Assembly (NCBI GenBank): GCA_964270895.1
Contig: OZ185436.1
Length of the DNA: 64,000 bases
Strand: one strand, 5' to 3'
From: Podarcis filfolensis
Taxonomy: Eukaryota
The position numbers and the translations under genes were made by a program. How positions within the stretch are numbered: position 1 is the stretch's first letter; every line of letters begins with the position of its first letter. Positions 1 to 11,170 of this stretch are shown here, in pieces. The notes below the pieces were generated by a model, which saw only the letters and a program-made list of their open reading frames with translations, did no database searches and was not told where the DNA came from.

Positions 1-19
1 ACAGAACAAAGAAATTGAG

Positions 20-440
20 GAAGCTGCCATATATAGAGGCCTGCCACTGGTCTATCTAGTTCAGTATTATTGTCTATGCTGACCGGCAGCAGCTCTTGAG
101 ATTTTCCAATCAGAGGCTCCCTAGGCTCCCTTACATCCTTGGCAAGGAGCTGTATCACCGCCCCCTGCCCTTTGTGGCCTTGGCAAGCAATGTTGGCTGC
201 CCTAAGCAGCAGAGGAGCAGCTCAGGGAGCGCACAGGCAGGCGTTCCAGCTCCTAGTCACTCCAAGCCAGAATGGAGAGGTATGGTTTTTGTGTCCCTCT
301 GTGCTTGCGCCCTTGGTGGGGCCAACCTGGCTAGCTCCTAGGTACACACCTGTTTCAGGGTCTTTGCCAGCCTTCCCTGGAAATTGAATCTATAACCCTC
401 TACGTGCAAAGCAGATGCTCTACCCATGAGCTATGGGTCC
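20..440 (-). mobile_element. Old tRNA-derived SINE, probably interrupted at about 125-345 by another repeat
   Basis: Reverse A/B-box-like head near 385-437 (gaaattgaatc...gcaaagcagatgctctacccatgagctatgg). The body gaagctgccatatata...ctggtctatctagttcagtatt resembles 6850-7020. Confidence 0.5.
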
Positions 441-1687
441 TTCTCTAAGTAAGCTATTGGCAACAGAGAGGAAGGTGCTGAAGATGCTTAGGTCGATGCA
501 GGTGCTGCAGTGCATTTTGCCTCAAGCACCAAAACGAGACATGTCGTCCCTAGCAGAGGCTAGCCTATGTCGGGTCTTTACTGAGCATTCATTCTGAATT
601 CATCTTGGTTTGCTTGCACAGTGATTATGTGGCTTCCCCTTCATCATTCATTCATCCCACACTTTTCTGTGCATTTCCCTGTCACTTTCCTAACTGCAAA
701 CCCACACCTCTTTTAAAAAGTGGATTTGTTACACAATGGCAACTGAGCTCTTTAATGCAATTTAATCCACTAGGGGGCAGCTCATAAGAACCTGGCAGTG
801 ATTTATATTACAGAAGTGGAGAATTATGAAAAACAACTGGACAACAGCAGCTGCCCAAGGGAGACGATGTTGAGTTTGCAGCTGGTGAAATATATTTATG
901 CAGAGGTGGTAGATAATTAAAGGAGGCTTCTACGCTGCATGGAATTTGCATGTGAATTTAATCATTTCTAAAGCTATAGGAATGAGAGGATGCCAAATAC
1001 TTAAAGATGGGCACATATTATATCACAATTAATGCAGCATTGCTGGTGAGGTTATTCTTCAATCTTTGGCAGGAATGCCCTTGGGTTTCATTATTCTGGT
1101 CCCAAGCACACCAAAAAATAACTAAAATAATTAAATCACCTGTTCAGGCTTCCTAGTAACTGTTATTATTGAATATGTAGATGGACAACATGAGAGCTTG
1201 TTGCTCTAAAGAGCTCCTGACTTGGATGTTAGCTGCAGCTGGGATTTCAATAGCTTAGCAATGGAAAACCTTGAAAAATCTGCATTTGGCTGTGTGGTAT
1301 AAGAACCTATAGAATTTGGCTATGGGGGGGGGGGAATCACACACAAATTGTGAGTTTCCAGGAGGTTGGAGGATCCAGAACATTTCTGTGCCATCTGGTG
1401 GAATTTTATTTCTTATGCTCGATAGTCGCCATCTACGTCCGCTCGGGAATTATCTATTTCTTGATTTATATTGGTGTGTTACCATTTCCTTTTCTTACAA
1501 TTTATTGCTTATCAGCTTTTTATATGGTATGATGCAATGCCCAGCTAATAATGAGGTGCTAATAATGTCAATAAAATTTTGAAAATAATAATAATAATAA
1601 AGATGGACACCTTCCTTCTCTCCCTTCTCGGGGGATATGGGTTGAGTGCCAATCAGCATGAAAGCTCTTTCTGTCACTGGTTCTTAC

Positions 1688-1771
1688 CATCTGTCCACTC
1701 CCAGCACTCAGCTTTTTGCTTCCTTTTGGCCTTCCACGAGGTTTCTTTGGTGGCAATGGCCCAACAGGCTC
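1688..1771 (-). CDS. HMGA-family AT-hook protein, second coding exon: EPVGPLPPKKPRGRPKGSKKLSAGSGQM
   Basis: Acceptor cccttccctatccgaacAG|GAG, donor ATG|GTAAGA, 84 nt, phase 0/0, joining in frame to 5262-5354. It resembles HMGA hook 2 (EPxxxPxPKRPRGRPKGSKNK). As I recall, the equivalent exon is 84 nt in HMGA1 and 87 nt in HMGA2. Confidence 0.9.
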
Positions 1772-2148
1772 CTGTTCGGATAGGGAAGGGGCATTTACTT
1801 GTACAGTGCAGAGCAAAGATCGTGTATTTCACACACATTAAAAGGGCAGCAGCACCAGCACAAAACAAAAGCAACCAGAAATCGAACAGGAATTTTATTA
1901 ACCCAGGTGCTTTTGAGCAACAAGCTCTTTATCAGGACAAACAGTAAGGAGCAGCTCATATCCACTGCAATTTCTTAGATGGATAGCTGCAAAAGGAGGG
2001 ACAGTCCTAACCTACAGTAAGTCTCACTGACTTCAGTGGGGCTTATTCCCCAGTTAAGTGGGGTTATGGTTGCAGCCTAAGTCACACTCAGAGTAGAAAT
2101 CATTTAAGTTCGCTGAGTTAATTGATTGCAATAGGCCTACCCCAAGTA

Positions 2149-2270
2149 TAAGGGTGCCAACTTGAGTAAAATATTGGGGGGTGGGTAGGTAAGCCCTGCC
2201 CCACACAATTGATCAAATATTTTATTGGGCCCCCTGAAGGGACATTGGCCCCTAGGAGTTGGCTTCTATG
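2149..2270. mobile_element. hAT-type MITE
   Basis: Imperfect 14-bp TIRs taagggtgccaact / agttggcttctatg. 8-bp TSD cccaagta (2141-2148) / ctcaagta (2271-2278). Confidence 0.65.
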
Positions 2271-3145
2271 CTCAAGTATGACTTGGATGCAGCCCTTGCA
2301 TTGTGTTTGTCAGAATTCAAATCGGGCCATGCCTTAATCCAAGACAAAATGTTAAGAGTTTTTATCATATAAGCTTAAATAAAATAAAATAGGTATGCGA
2401 TTATGCAAGTGTTTTCATTCTGTGGGAGAATGATGAATGCCCTCCAATGAGAAGAGAGATCTTAACATTATTATTTTTCTTTAAAAAAGGAAGTAGTGGA
2501 TAAATAAAGCTAGTACAAACATCATTAAAGGAGAGGGAGAAAGAATAGCTGTAAATGAACATGGAGTAAAGGTGAAACGAATATTTACAAAGATTAGCAA
2601 TTGTTCCACTTAAATCATGTATAATTTTGAATAAAGATATTTCAAAGTAAAATATTTTGCATATGCCTTTGAATATGTGACATTTGTAACTCATCATGCA
2701 AAACCCAAATGATTAAGAACTCTCGAGTGTTTCAGTTTTGGCAATCCAAAATCTCATAAGCAACCAACTGTCAGCTATTCATTACCATTTCATGTAATCC
2801 ATACAATTCTATGAGATAAAAAGTGACATGCACAGTGACTATAAAACACAAGTACTCATTCTTCGCCAACCATCAAATACTGTCAACCAAAGCAGTGAAT
2901 TGCAAGCCAAGTTCTTGCAATGGTGAGGTGCTTTGGAAGCCTATTAAGAATTTGCTGGTGTGGACTGAGGGCAAATGATATAGCCATGATACTGATGCTA
3001 AGCATCTTTGGATCTGGTTAGTGCCTGGATGGGAGATTTCAAGGGAAACTGCTGTATACTGCCTTAAGTTTCATGGATATAAAGCATGGTATAAATGTTC
3101 TAGATAAAGATTTCCCAATGAGAAAAACAACACCTCGTCCATCAT

Positions 3146-3460
3146 CAGTGTTGGATTTACATATAAGCTAAACAAGCTATAGCTTAGGGCCCCACTATCT
3201 TGGCCCCCCCCCCAAATAATTAAAGTAAAAACAACAACACCTGGATGTACATTTCCAAAATATAAGATAAAAAACAAATAAAATAAAACCTACATACAGA
3301 AAATGGCTTTAGATACCTATTAGGTCCATAAATTGCCATATAGCATATATTCAACACAAAAAACAGTGACAATTTGTTGTTGACAAAGGACAGCTGGACA
3401 TATAAACGGCCCCATTACCTTCAGTAGCTTAGGGCCTCATCAACCCTAAATCCGGCCCTG
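3146..3460 (-). mobile_element. hAT (Tip100-like) MITE, same family as 12436-12759
   Basis: Reverse-complement copy of 12436-12759, with ends cagtgttggatt...aatccggccctg. TSD is not preserved. Confidence 0.75.
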
Positions 3461-3509
3461 TATTGATATTCTACTGTGCGGTACAGCAATAGGGGGACAC
3501 TATGTATAT

Positions 3510-3768
3510 CGGGGTCAGCAAGGTTTATTTTGCCTGGGCCGGATTGGTCCTGCGGAGGTCCCTCCATGGGCTGGATCATGCGCACGACTGCGATTTTTGG
3601 CATCTACGTACGCGATTTTTGACGCCCCAGAAGCGAGTCCCTGCACCACGCTGCGGCGACTTAGCGCAGTGCATGAGCAGGCGGCTTGGTTCGGGGGTGG
3701 CTTGTGGGCTGGTCAAACGACCTCTGCGGGCCTCTTCTGGCCCATGGGCCTTAGGTTGCTGACCCATG
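3510..3768. mobile_element. hAT-Charlie-type MITE
   Basis: TIRs (c)ggggtcagcaa / ttgctgacccatg, decayed 8-bp TSD atgtatat / gtatatat, CpG-rich interior. Confidence 0.6.
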
Positions 3769-5261
3769 GTATATATTCTAGGATGTTCTAACAGTGCATG
3801 ACAGTTAGGTGAATTGTGCTCCATTTGGAGTATGAACTCTAGAGCATGCCCCAGAATCCTTTGCAACATGGAGCAGTTCCTTGGCAGGTATAGAAAGTGT
3901 TCCCTGAAAAAAAATAATGAAAACCCCTGCTATATACTAAGTGTAGCAATGCTGTCAGATATTTAAAGACTACTATCCAAATGCTTCAGTGTATCAACTC
4001 ACAAATATCGAGAGAACATTTGAGTGACCAGGAAACTTCAAGAGAGTATTTGACATGGATATTTGCAAAAGAGAATTCTGAGGAGAATGTTGTGAGAACA
4101 ACTTCATTTTCATTCCAAGATGGGGCAAGAGCAGTGCAAATGTTGTTGAGCATCACTGGTAAATTTCAGTTCCCTTTAAAAACAGGTTTATGGTGAGAAA
4201 AGAAATTTCCCAGGGCATACAGGTCAGCAGATAAACAAACATATGTCACCCTCCACCTAGAATTGAGTCATTGATGTTGCACATCAAAATGTTTAGGGTC
4301 ATTTTGGCAGTCCAGTATTATTCAGAATTCAATCCCTAATTTTGTCTCACCGTGTTAACCCTCACAGTCTCCTCCCTCCTCAAAGTGCACCAGCATTGGC
4401 AAGCCTGAAGAAACCCAGGGAGACCAGGGAGCTGGGATATAGTCCCACTCTTGCTGGTGGCACTGGCAGGGTCTTGCAGACCTGGAGTTCCTGACTGGGA
4501 GTTGCTCTGACTGCTCAGGCCAGGGACAAACAGCACCAAAAATTGGTGGCACTACAGCTGCCATTCATATGTTAAACTGTACAAGTTTGCTCACAAAGCA
4601 ATTGCCCTGCCAACTGAGATGCATTTATGTGCATTTCAATCTGACTGCAAGCCAGGTTAAGATGCCACCCAGACTTCCCCAACCTGGTGCCCTCTAGATG
4701 CTTTCAACTACAACTTGCACCAACCCCAGTCGCACAAAGTCCAATTCCTGGTTTCAAGAAGGAATGGGGGTTGGAGACATCTCCAGACCTTTTGGCCTTC
4801 CCTTTCTAATCTTCAGCCAATCTCTCAAGGTAAGGAGACCCCCTTTTTACATAAGATGTGCCCCTTCACATGCTTGTGAAGGTGGCCCCAGCTGTCTCAA
4901 CCATACTCAGTATTAGCAGCTGATCCTGAAGAAATGAATCATGCTCCTCTTTGAAGCTGTAAGATATTCTGCTAGATATGCCTTTCCCAGTTTAGCGAAG
5001 GTGAACAATCAACCAGTCACTCACTTAACAGTAGACAGGTTAATTTCTTGCCTAGTAGAATGTCTTGCCTAGTAGAAAAAAGAGCCCTTGAACCCAAACA
5101 TTAGAGCTTTCTGGACATGCTGAACTGTTTTGAGGTGGGTCACACCTAAGTTTAGTCATTCTAATAATACCACTTTCTTTATGTCTAAAAAACTGTCACC
5201 AGCTTCCTTCTTATAAATCTTAACATGGTGAGAAGGCAAAGCGCCGAGGCTGAACACTTAC

Positions 5262-5354
5262 CTGCGGCTGCTTCCTCGGCCGTCCCCTCTTTCGTTTGGG
5301 CAGCTCGGTCGGAACAGTGGACCCTGGTCCTGCCTGCTTCCCAGTGTTGCTCAT
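5262..5354 (-). CDS. HMGA-family (HMGI-C-like) AT-hook protein, first coding exon: MSNTGKQAGPGSTVPTELPKRKRGRPRKQPQ
   Basis: ATG at 5354-5352 in the context gccgctATG. 31 open codons contain AT-hook KRKRGRPRK and end ...RKQPQ, like the first coding exon of HMGA1/HMGA2. Canonical donor CAG|GTAAGT at 5261-5256, phase 0. Absent from the supplied ORF track because it is spliced. Confidence 0.9.
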
Positions 5355-5412
5355 AGCGGCACTTCAGCAGTCTCTGGAGATGATCAGCCAATGGTTTTTC
5401 CCACGCTGCAGC
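5355..5412 (-). other. 5' UTR part of the first coding exon of the HMGA-like gene
   Basis: Pyrimidine tract and acceptor ttcactcctgttcctttaaAAG|G at 5413-5414, 58 nt upstream of the ATG. An alternative CAG acceptor lies at 5406-5407. Confidence 0.5.
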
Positions 5413-6054
5413 CTTTTAAAGGAACAGGAGTGAACAATCCCACTTCTACCCTGCTTGTTCTCAGCTGTACGCTGCAGAAGGAGGAATGCAGGCACATCTG
5501 ACAGAGCACTCCCCTCGAGGCTTTTAATACCCCACCGGAAGAATCTTAGGACAAAGTATCATCATGTTCTCCCACCTTTTCCTTCCATCCTCAGCGAGTC
5601 CCAAAGTCTTTATGGAGGCCCTCAACAGCTCCTATCTGTGGGTTGTGTTAGCTCCAAAGGGCTCAGGGATGTTCTCCTGCACGGCTCCCACGGAAGGCTC
5701 CACACAGCAACTTACCATAAATGATGGAGGAACCAACTGGAGGTAGCCAATTCAGTGGGGTTTATGCAGAAGAACTTTTCAGCTCTGTGCAACTCAGGCT
5801 AGTGGCCAAATATTCAACAAAAATAAGCTTCCTCCCCAAGGAAGATAGAGAAAAGCATCTGAAAGAGGAGGGTATACTAGGCAGGATCACCTGCAGCATT
5901 TTAACACTATTTCTTGTCCCTCCCTCTGTACCAAAGATTCATTAAGAGAATCATCTGAGCAGCAAAGGTGACTTCCCAGTTTCTTTTAACAGGCAATCCA
6001 CATGTGCATTTTAGATACAGACCCAGAAAGGTGATGAAGAAAGAGGAAGCTTAC

Positions 6055-6200
6055 CTGTCAAGAACTTAGATAGCACAACTTGCTCTGGCCGCAGTACACT
6101 CAGACACCTAAGGAAGGGAGCGGGGAGTAGAGAAAGAGTGGTTCAGTGAGTCACCCTTTTCCTGCTCGGGGTGGGGAGGGGTGGGGAGGTGGATCGCTAG
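6055..6200 (-). promoter_or_regulatory. Putative non-coding first exon and promoter of the HMGA-like gene (upstream boundary uncertain)
   Basis: Strong minus-strand donor CAG|GTAAGC at 6054-6049, AP-1 site TGAGTCA at 6147-6153, and four G runs at 6168-6186. HMGA1 also has non-coding 5' exons. Confidence 0.4.
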
Positions 6201-6815
6201 TTTTGAGAGCTACGTATGTTCATTTCAGGAGCCTCACTCTTCACAATGCCTGTCTGCAGTTCACTCCTGGTTAGTGATTTGGAAAGCAGGTTGAGTGCTG
6301 CTGCCTATGTTCTAGTGATGGCAGTCTTGAGCTGTGGCAGCAAGTGAAACTTGAAAACGTTCACTTTTTAACTCAGCTAGACTCAGACAGGGAGGGAAAC
6401 CCCACCAACCCAACCAGAAAGCACTGGTTCTCTCAGCTTCCCCATTTACTACAAATAAAACCAATTTCCTAAAGAGCGAGCAAGAGGGATCTGAACAGAG
6501 AGGACATAACGTTTTTACGCAGCAGCAGCGAAAAGAGGGTGATTCCAAGCATCGTGACCTTGTTTCTCTAAAACTTCTTTCTCATATGAAGAAATGAAAC
6601 GTACACTGGGTTTGAGATGAGGCAGAGTGGTTCTAGGTCTGCATGCAAAACTCTTTGGGGCTTTTGTCATACGTCAGCCTTCACAGTGACACACAGGACT
6701 GGAAACTTACCCAGATTAGAATTAAGTAGGCACAGCTAGGGATTTAAACTAAGGTCAGGCCTGCAACACAGATGCCTGAGTTTCTAGTCGGCCACTGATG
6801 TGAGCAAGTAGAAGC

Positions 6816-7184
6816 ACAAGAAAGAGAGCACTCGCTTCTCCCCAAAGAGCATGTGAAGCTGTCTTATACTGAGTAAGACTAGTTAAACCTGCAGTCCTGT
6901 TTTCCTATCTCTCCAGGGACTCAATCAGAGGTCATTTGCTACAGGAGGCTTTCCACTGTAGAAGCCAGGAATTGAACCTGGGAACTTCTAATACAAAGCT
7001 TGTGCTCTTCCACTGAGCCATGAAAGGTCATTCCATAAGAGAAAAGTCCTGCCTTTTAGTTTTTTGGATGGACCTGCTTACAAAGTGCAAGGACAACATC
7101 TGTTATCCTAGGTAAAGGTAGTCTTACTCAGTATAAGACAGCTTCACATGCTCTTTGGGGAGAAGCGAGTGCTCTCTTTCTTGT
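6816..7184. repeat. Perfect 66-bp inverted repeat (arms 6816-6881 and 7119-7184)
   Basis: The arms are exact reverse complements over 66 nt, with a 237-bp spacer. Confidence 0.95.
6850..7022 (-). mobile_element. Old tRNA-derived SINE fragment
   Basis: Reverse B-box ccaggaattgaacc and A-box ccactgagcc at about 6964-7020. Same family as 20-440. Confidence 0.5.
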
Positions 7185-7525
7185 AAAGGGATCCCTGACC
7201 ATTAGGTCCAGTTGTGACCGACTCTGGGGTTGCGGCGCTCATCTCGCTTTATTGGCCGAGGGAGCCGGCATACAGCTTCTGGGTCATGTGACCAGCACGA
7301 CTAAGCCACTTCTGACGAACCAGAGCAGTGCATGGAAATGCCGTTTACCTTCCCTCCGGAGCGGTACCTATTTATCTACTTGCTCTTTGACATGCTTTCG
7401 AACTGCTAGGTTGGTAGGAGCAGGGGCCGAGCAACAGCAGCTCACCCTGTCGCGGGGATTCGAACTGCCGACATTCTGATCAGCAAGCCCAAGGCTCAGT
7501 GGTTTAACCCACAGCACCACCCACC
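7111..7525 (-). mobile_element. Sauria SINE with a 66-bp templated insertion in its (ACCTTT)n tail
   Basis: Full body homologous to 13024-13377 in reverse. The tail reads ggtaaagg...gtaaaggg around the insertion. Probable TSD ttatccta (7103-7110) / ttatccca (7526-7533). Confidence 0.9.
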
Positions 7526-9291
7526 TTATCCCAGCATGTACCAAATAGCTACACATCACTGCTAATATTTCACCCCTAAGTCTATTGATGATGTTTTACT
7601 CTGTTAAAGAGTGAGGCCGTAAGTAGACTTGCTTCCCCCTAAGAGAGGAAATAGATGCCCTGCTTAGGATCCGCTGGATCCAGATGCAGACAAAAAGAAA
7701 GAGTCAGTAAGTGTGTGTGAAACATATGAATTCTTCACCCCAAAGCAGAAAGATCTGCCTTATAGATCTGGGGTTCTCGGCAACAGCTGGGGAGTGAGTC
7801 TGGTTTAAGCGTTAACAGCATATAAAAACCTACAGTGTTGTAAAAATAGTCTCACCCAGCAGGAGCTGAGGAGGGTGGGAAAGCCGCTCAAAGTCACACA
7901 GGCGGGAAGTCATCTATCTTTGTGAAATACAACAGTTAAGACACTTAGATGGGTCCTTCCAAACTCAGTGTGGTCTTTATTTCATTCCACATCCTCAGCA
8001 AAAACCAACAACCCTGTGGCCTGTGGTAGTAGGATTTCCAGTCTTTGCAGACTGTACTGGAAACAATGACGGCTTCCTGATTTCACTCACACCAAGTGAT
8101 TTATGGCTGCACACCACATTTTGCAGAAGAGAATGTTTTCAAGTTATTACTCTCTGAACCTGTGCAGATAAGGAATGCAAAGAGGACCTCTCCAGAACAC
8201 AGAAAGCCAGGTGCAGAGGCTAGATTAGCTAGGCTAGATGAATATATGTATCTGGAGATGCTGGTAGACAGGGTGAACATGGAGCCAGAGGCAGCGCTAC
8301 TCATGTACCCAGTTACCCCAGGTTCTCATGGGATTAATATTCTCTCTCTCTCTCCACTCATATCGAGACTTATTTGGTCACTCAAATGAAATTAATCTTG
8401 TGATGTGAATCAGAATCCCTGTATCAGCACTCATCATATCACAAACATCTTTTCAAAATACACTAAGATTATTCTGGGAGATCCCAGATCAAGAACGGGG
8501 AACACACACACTATAATATGAATCCTTGCCTTGCTGAGGTCCCACGGCAAAGCTCACAAAACTCTTTGCAAAGAATCATTGAGGGGCTGTAAGGGTATGG
8601 GAGCCCCCTTCTTTATTAAATAGACCTTCTGTTACATCCACATGACCAAATTAAACACCCTCTCCCTCAACATTAACAAACCAAGTAAGAAATCTAAATT
8701 AGAAGAAATCATTTGAATCACTTTCTGCAGACAGTTTTGGGGGACTGATTACGACTTGCAACAGCTCTGTTTCATGGAACACAGATTTCTTTTGAGCTTT
8801 AGACATTTTCTAGATTGCACGTTTGCCAGATTCAACTAACCGGTCCTGCGGGTGGAAGCCAACTGGCACAATGGGGAGTCTGCCCCTCTTCCCTAATTGC
8901 TCCCTCGCCAATTGGCTCAGGGGGTCAGGAGAATCCCCAGAGCAGTATGCAAAGAGAGGAGAAGGGAGATTGTTCCATCGGGCTGTTCTCAAATGGCTGA
9001 ATAGGTATAATACAGAATAGGGTTCCTGTCTCTGTTGACAGCTGTGTAGATAGAAGAAGGTTAGATATGTCAGGAGTGCTGAATTTCCCCTTTCTACATA
9101 ACTTTTAAAGGTGCAGCAATCCTGACCTCCTTTGCATCCTATTCTTTCTTCTTCTGGGATGTGATGGGACATACCCCACAACTCCCTTGTCTTAAATGAG
9201 CTGGCAAAGGCACCATTTCCCTCTTGGGAAGCACCTGGTCGGGCATGCTGCCCTTTACGTCCCCCCAAATCCCTGCCTTTCATATGCTATA

Positions 9292-9516
9292 CAGTGATAC
9301 CTCAGGTTAAGTACTTAATTCGTTCTGGAGGTTCATTCTTAACCTGAAGCACCACTTTAGCTAATGGGGCCTCCTGCTGCTGCCGTGCCGCCGGAGCATG
9401 ATTTCTGTTCTCATCCTGAAGCAAAGTTCTTAACCTGAGGTACTATTTCTGGGTTAGCGGAGTCTGTAACCTGAAGCGTATGTAACCTGAAGCGTATGTA
9501 ACCCGAGGTACCACTG
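9292..9516. mobile_element. pogo/Tigger-type (Tc1-mariner) MITE
   Basis: TIRs cagtgatacctcaggtta / taacccgaggtaccactg, TA TSD on both sides. Other copies at 34112, 38604 and 44107. Confidence 0.9.
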
Positions 9517-9849
9517 TAATGTTTTTGCTTATCTGTTCAGAATGTTTTGGGACAAACTGATCAGAGCAAAAAGTTGACAAGATATTTCTTTGCTATCTGC
9601 ATTTGCAACTATGAGAATGGGCACATCAAAAATTAAATGGTTACGTTCTAAGGTGCAGGAGTGGGGAAACTCTGGTGTTGGGACTCGAGTTCCCATCAGC
9701 CCTAGCCAGCACTGCCAATGATCATGTATGATGGGAGCCAGAGTCCAGCAACAGATGGAGGGTTAAAGGTCTCCCATCCTTCCTCTGTGGGTTTAAACTG
9801 TTTTGTGGCATCTGACTTGAGGGCCCAGATGAAGGTGAATTTTCCAATT

Positions 9850-10420
9850 AAGTACTGAATGAGGTTTGCAGGAAAAGTTAATTCCATTGTAGAAAATGGA
9901 AATAAGGAATAAATTCCTGATAGCTGAAGAGATTCCAGATAGCTTGTGGCAGCAATTATGGTAGGCATATATGAAATCATCCTTGTGTATCAATTTGTTG
10001 GGGAATTACTATACATTGTTAACATGCTGGTTTGTAAGACGAAGGAGATGAAAGTAGAGCTGTCTTGGTGCTGGCTCTTCTTGTGGGTGACATAATCAAG
10101 AAAGTGGGAATCAGGTTTTCTAGATGAGAATTATTGCAAAACATTCCAAGACAGCAAGGATCTTTGCTCCATTACACCCTCAAAATATAATTTTTGGATG
10201 TTTTAATGAGTTAGGTATGAAACAGGAAACAGTTTCACTTAGTAACAGCAGCAATATGTTTAATTGCTCATTACTGGGGAAGAAAGAGGTGCCATCTATT
10301 CATGTGTGTGGAAATAAGTGGTGGCGCATGATTAGTTGTTTCAAGTTAACTCATTATGTTTGGTATAGAGAAAAATAAAGAAGATTAGAAATTGGCATTT
10401 GCTTAACAAGTTTTTTCCGT
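9850..10420 (+). mobile_element. Highly decayed L1/Tx1-like ORF2 3' fragment
   Basis: Broken translations EIPDSLWQQLW..KSSLCIN and PLHPQNIIFG..KKEVPSI..KWW resemble the C-terminus of the L1 at 19505-20586. Confidence 0.35.
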
Positions 10421-10869
10421 ATTGGAGTAAAAATAGTGGTAATGTGGATAATGAAGATGAACTAAATGTACTGAATTGAATTATATTGAGGAAATAAGAG
10501 TTGAATATTTGCCAAACTGATATATTTATTACTGACACTGTATATTCATTATTTTGCATGCAATATACCATTTTCCCCAGTACATTTATTAAAGAAAAAT
10601 GAAGGTTTGGGGATGGAAGATCTGATCCCTATCTTTAGGGTAAGATGGAATAGTTCACCTCCAAATGATGTGATTTTCAAATGGGAATTTGTTCTGTTGA
10701 GGTATGAGGAAAGGGAAAATTGGGGTATTGTTGTTTATTTTAAGCATTTTTCAACCCTCATTTTCAGTCAACCAACTTTACAGATGAAATCCACCAAATT
10801 AGAATAAATAATGAAATTCCAAGGAACTAAAATAACATGATGCTGGATTCTGTGGACATGACTAAGTCA

Positions 10870-11170
10870 GCACAGATGTTGCTGACACAAATAGAAGCCA
10901 ACTCCTAGAGTCCAAGGCCCCTTCGGCCCTTGCAATAAAATATTTTGAAAGGGTACCCCCTCCCCAGTTAATAGGCATTGCCGTTCAAATGGTGTGCGTG
11001 TGCCACATCTTGTGTGGAAGAACACATCCATGAGTGAGACTCTATCCTGCTGTTTAATACCCAAATTCTTCCCCATGCAGCACGTTGAGGCGTCACTCCT
11101 GATGGTTGTTAAGTTGCCCACAACTCACTTCCACAAAGCAGTGTGCTCAACACACAAGCCCGGTAGACTT
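10870..11170 (-). mobile_element. Decayed RTE-clade LINE, ORF C-terminal fragment
   Basis: Minus-strand translation ACVLSTLLCGSELWAT...LGIKQQDRVS matches the RTE motif ACVLSTLLYGSE.W...ILGI.WQDRV. Confidence 0.6.

Noticed and set aside
1-1687. Third AT-hook exon of the HMGA-like gene
   Set aside because: I searched the minus strand by eye for an RGRP-coding exon with splice sites and found none. It probably lies left of the window.
8810-9283. 157-aa ORF on the minus strand
   Set aside because: No recognisable domain, coding-like composition or splice support, so probably a chance ORF.
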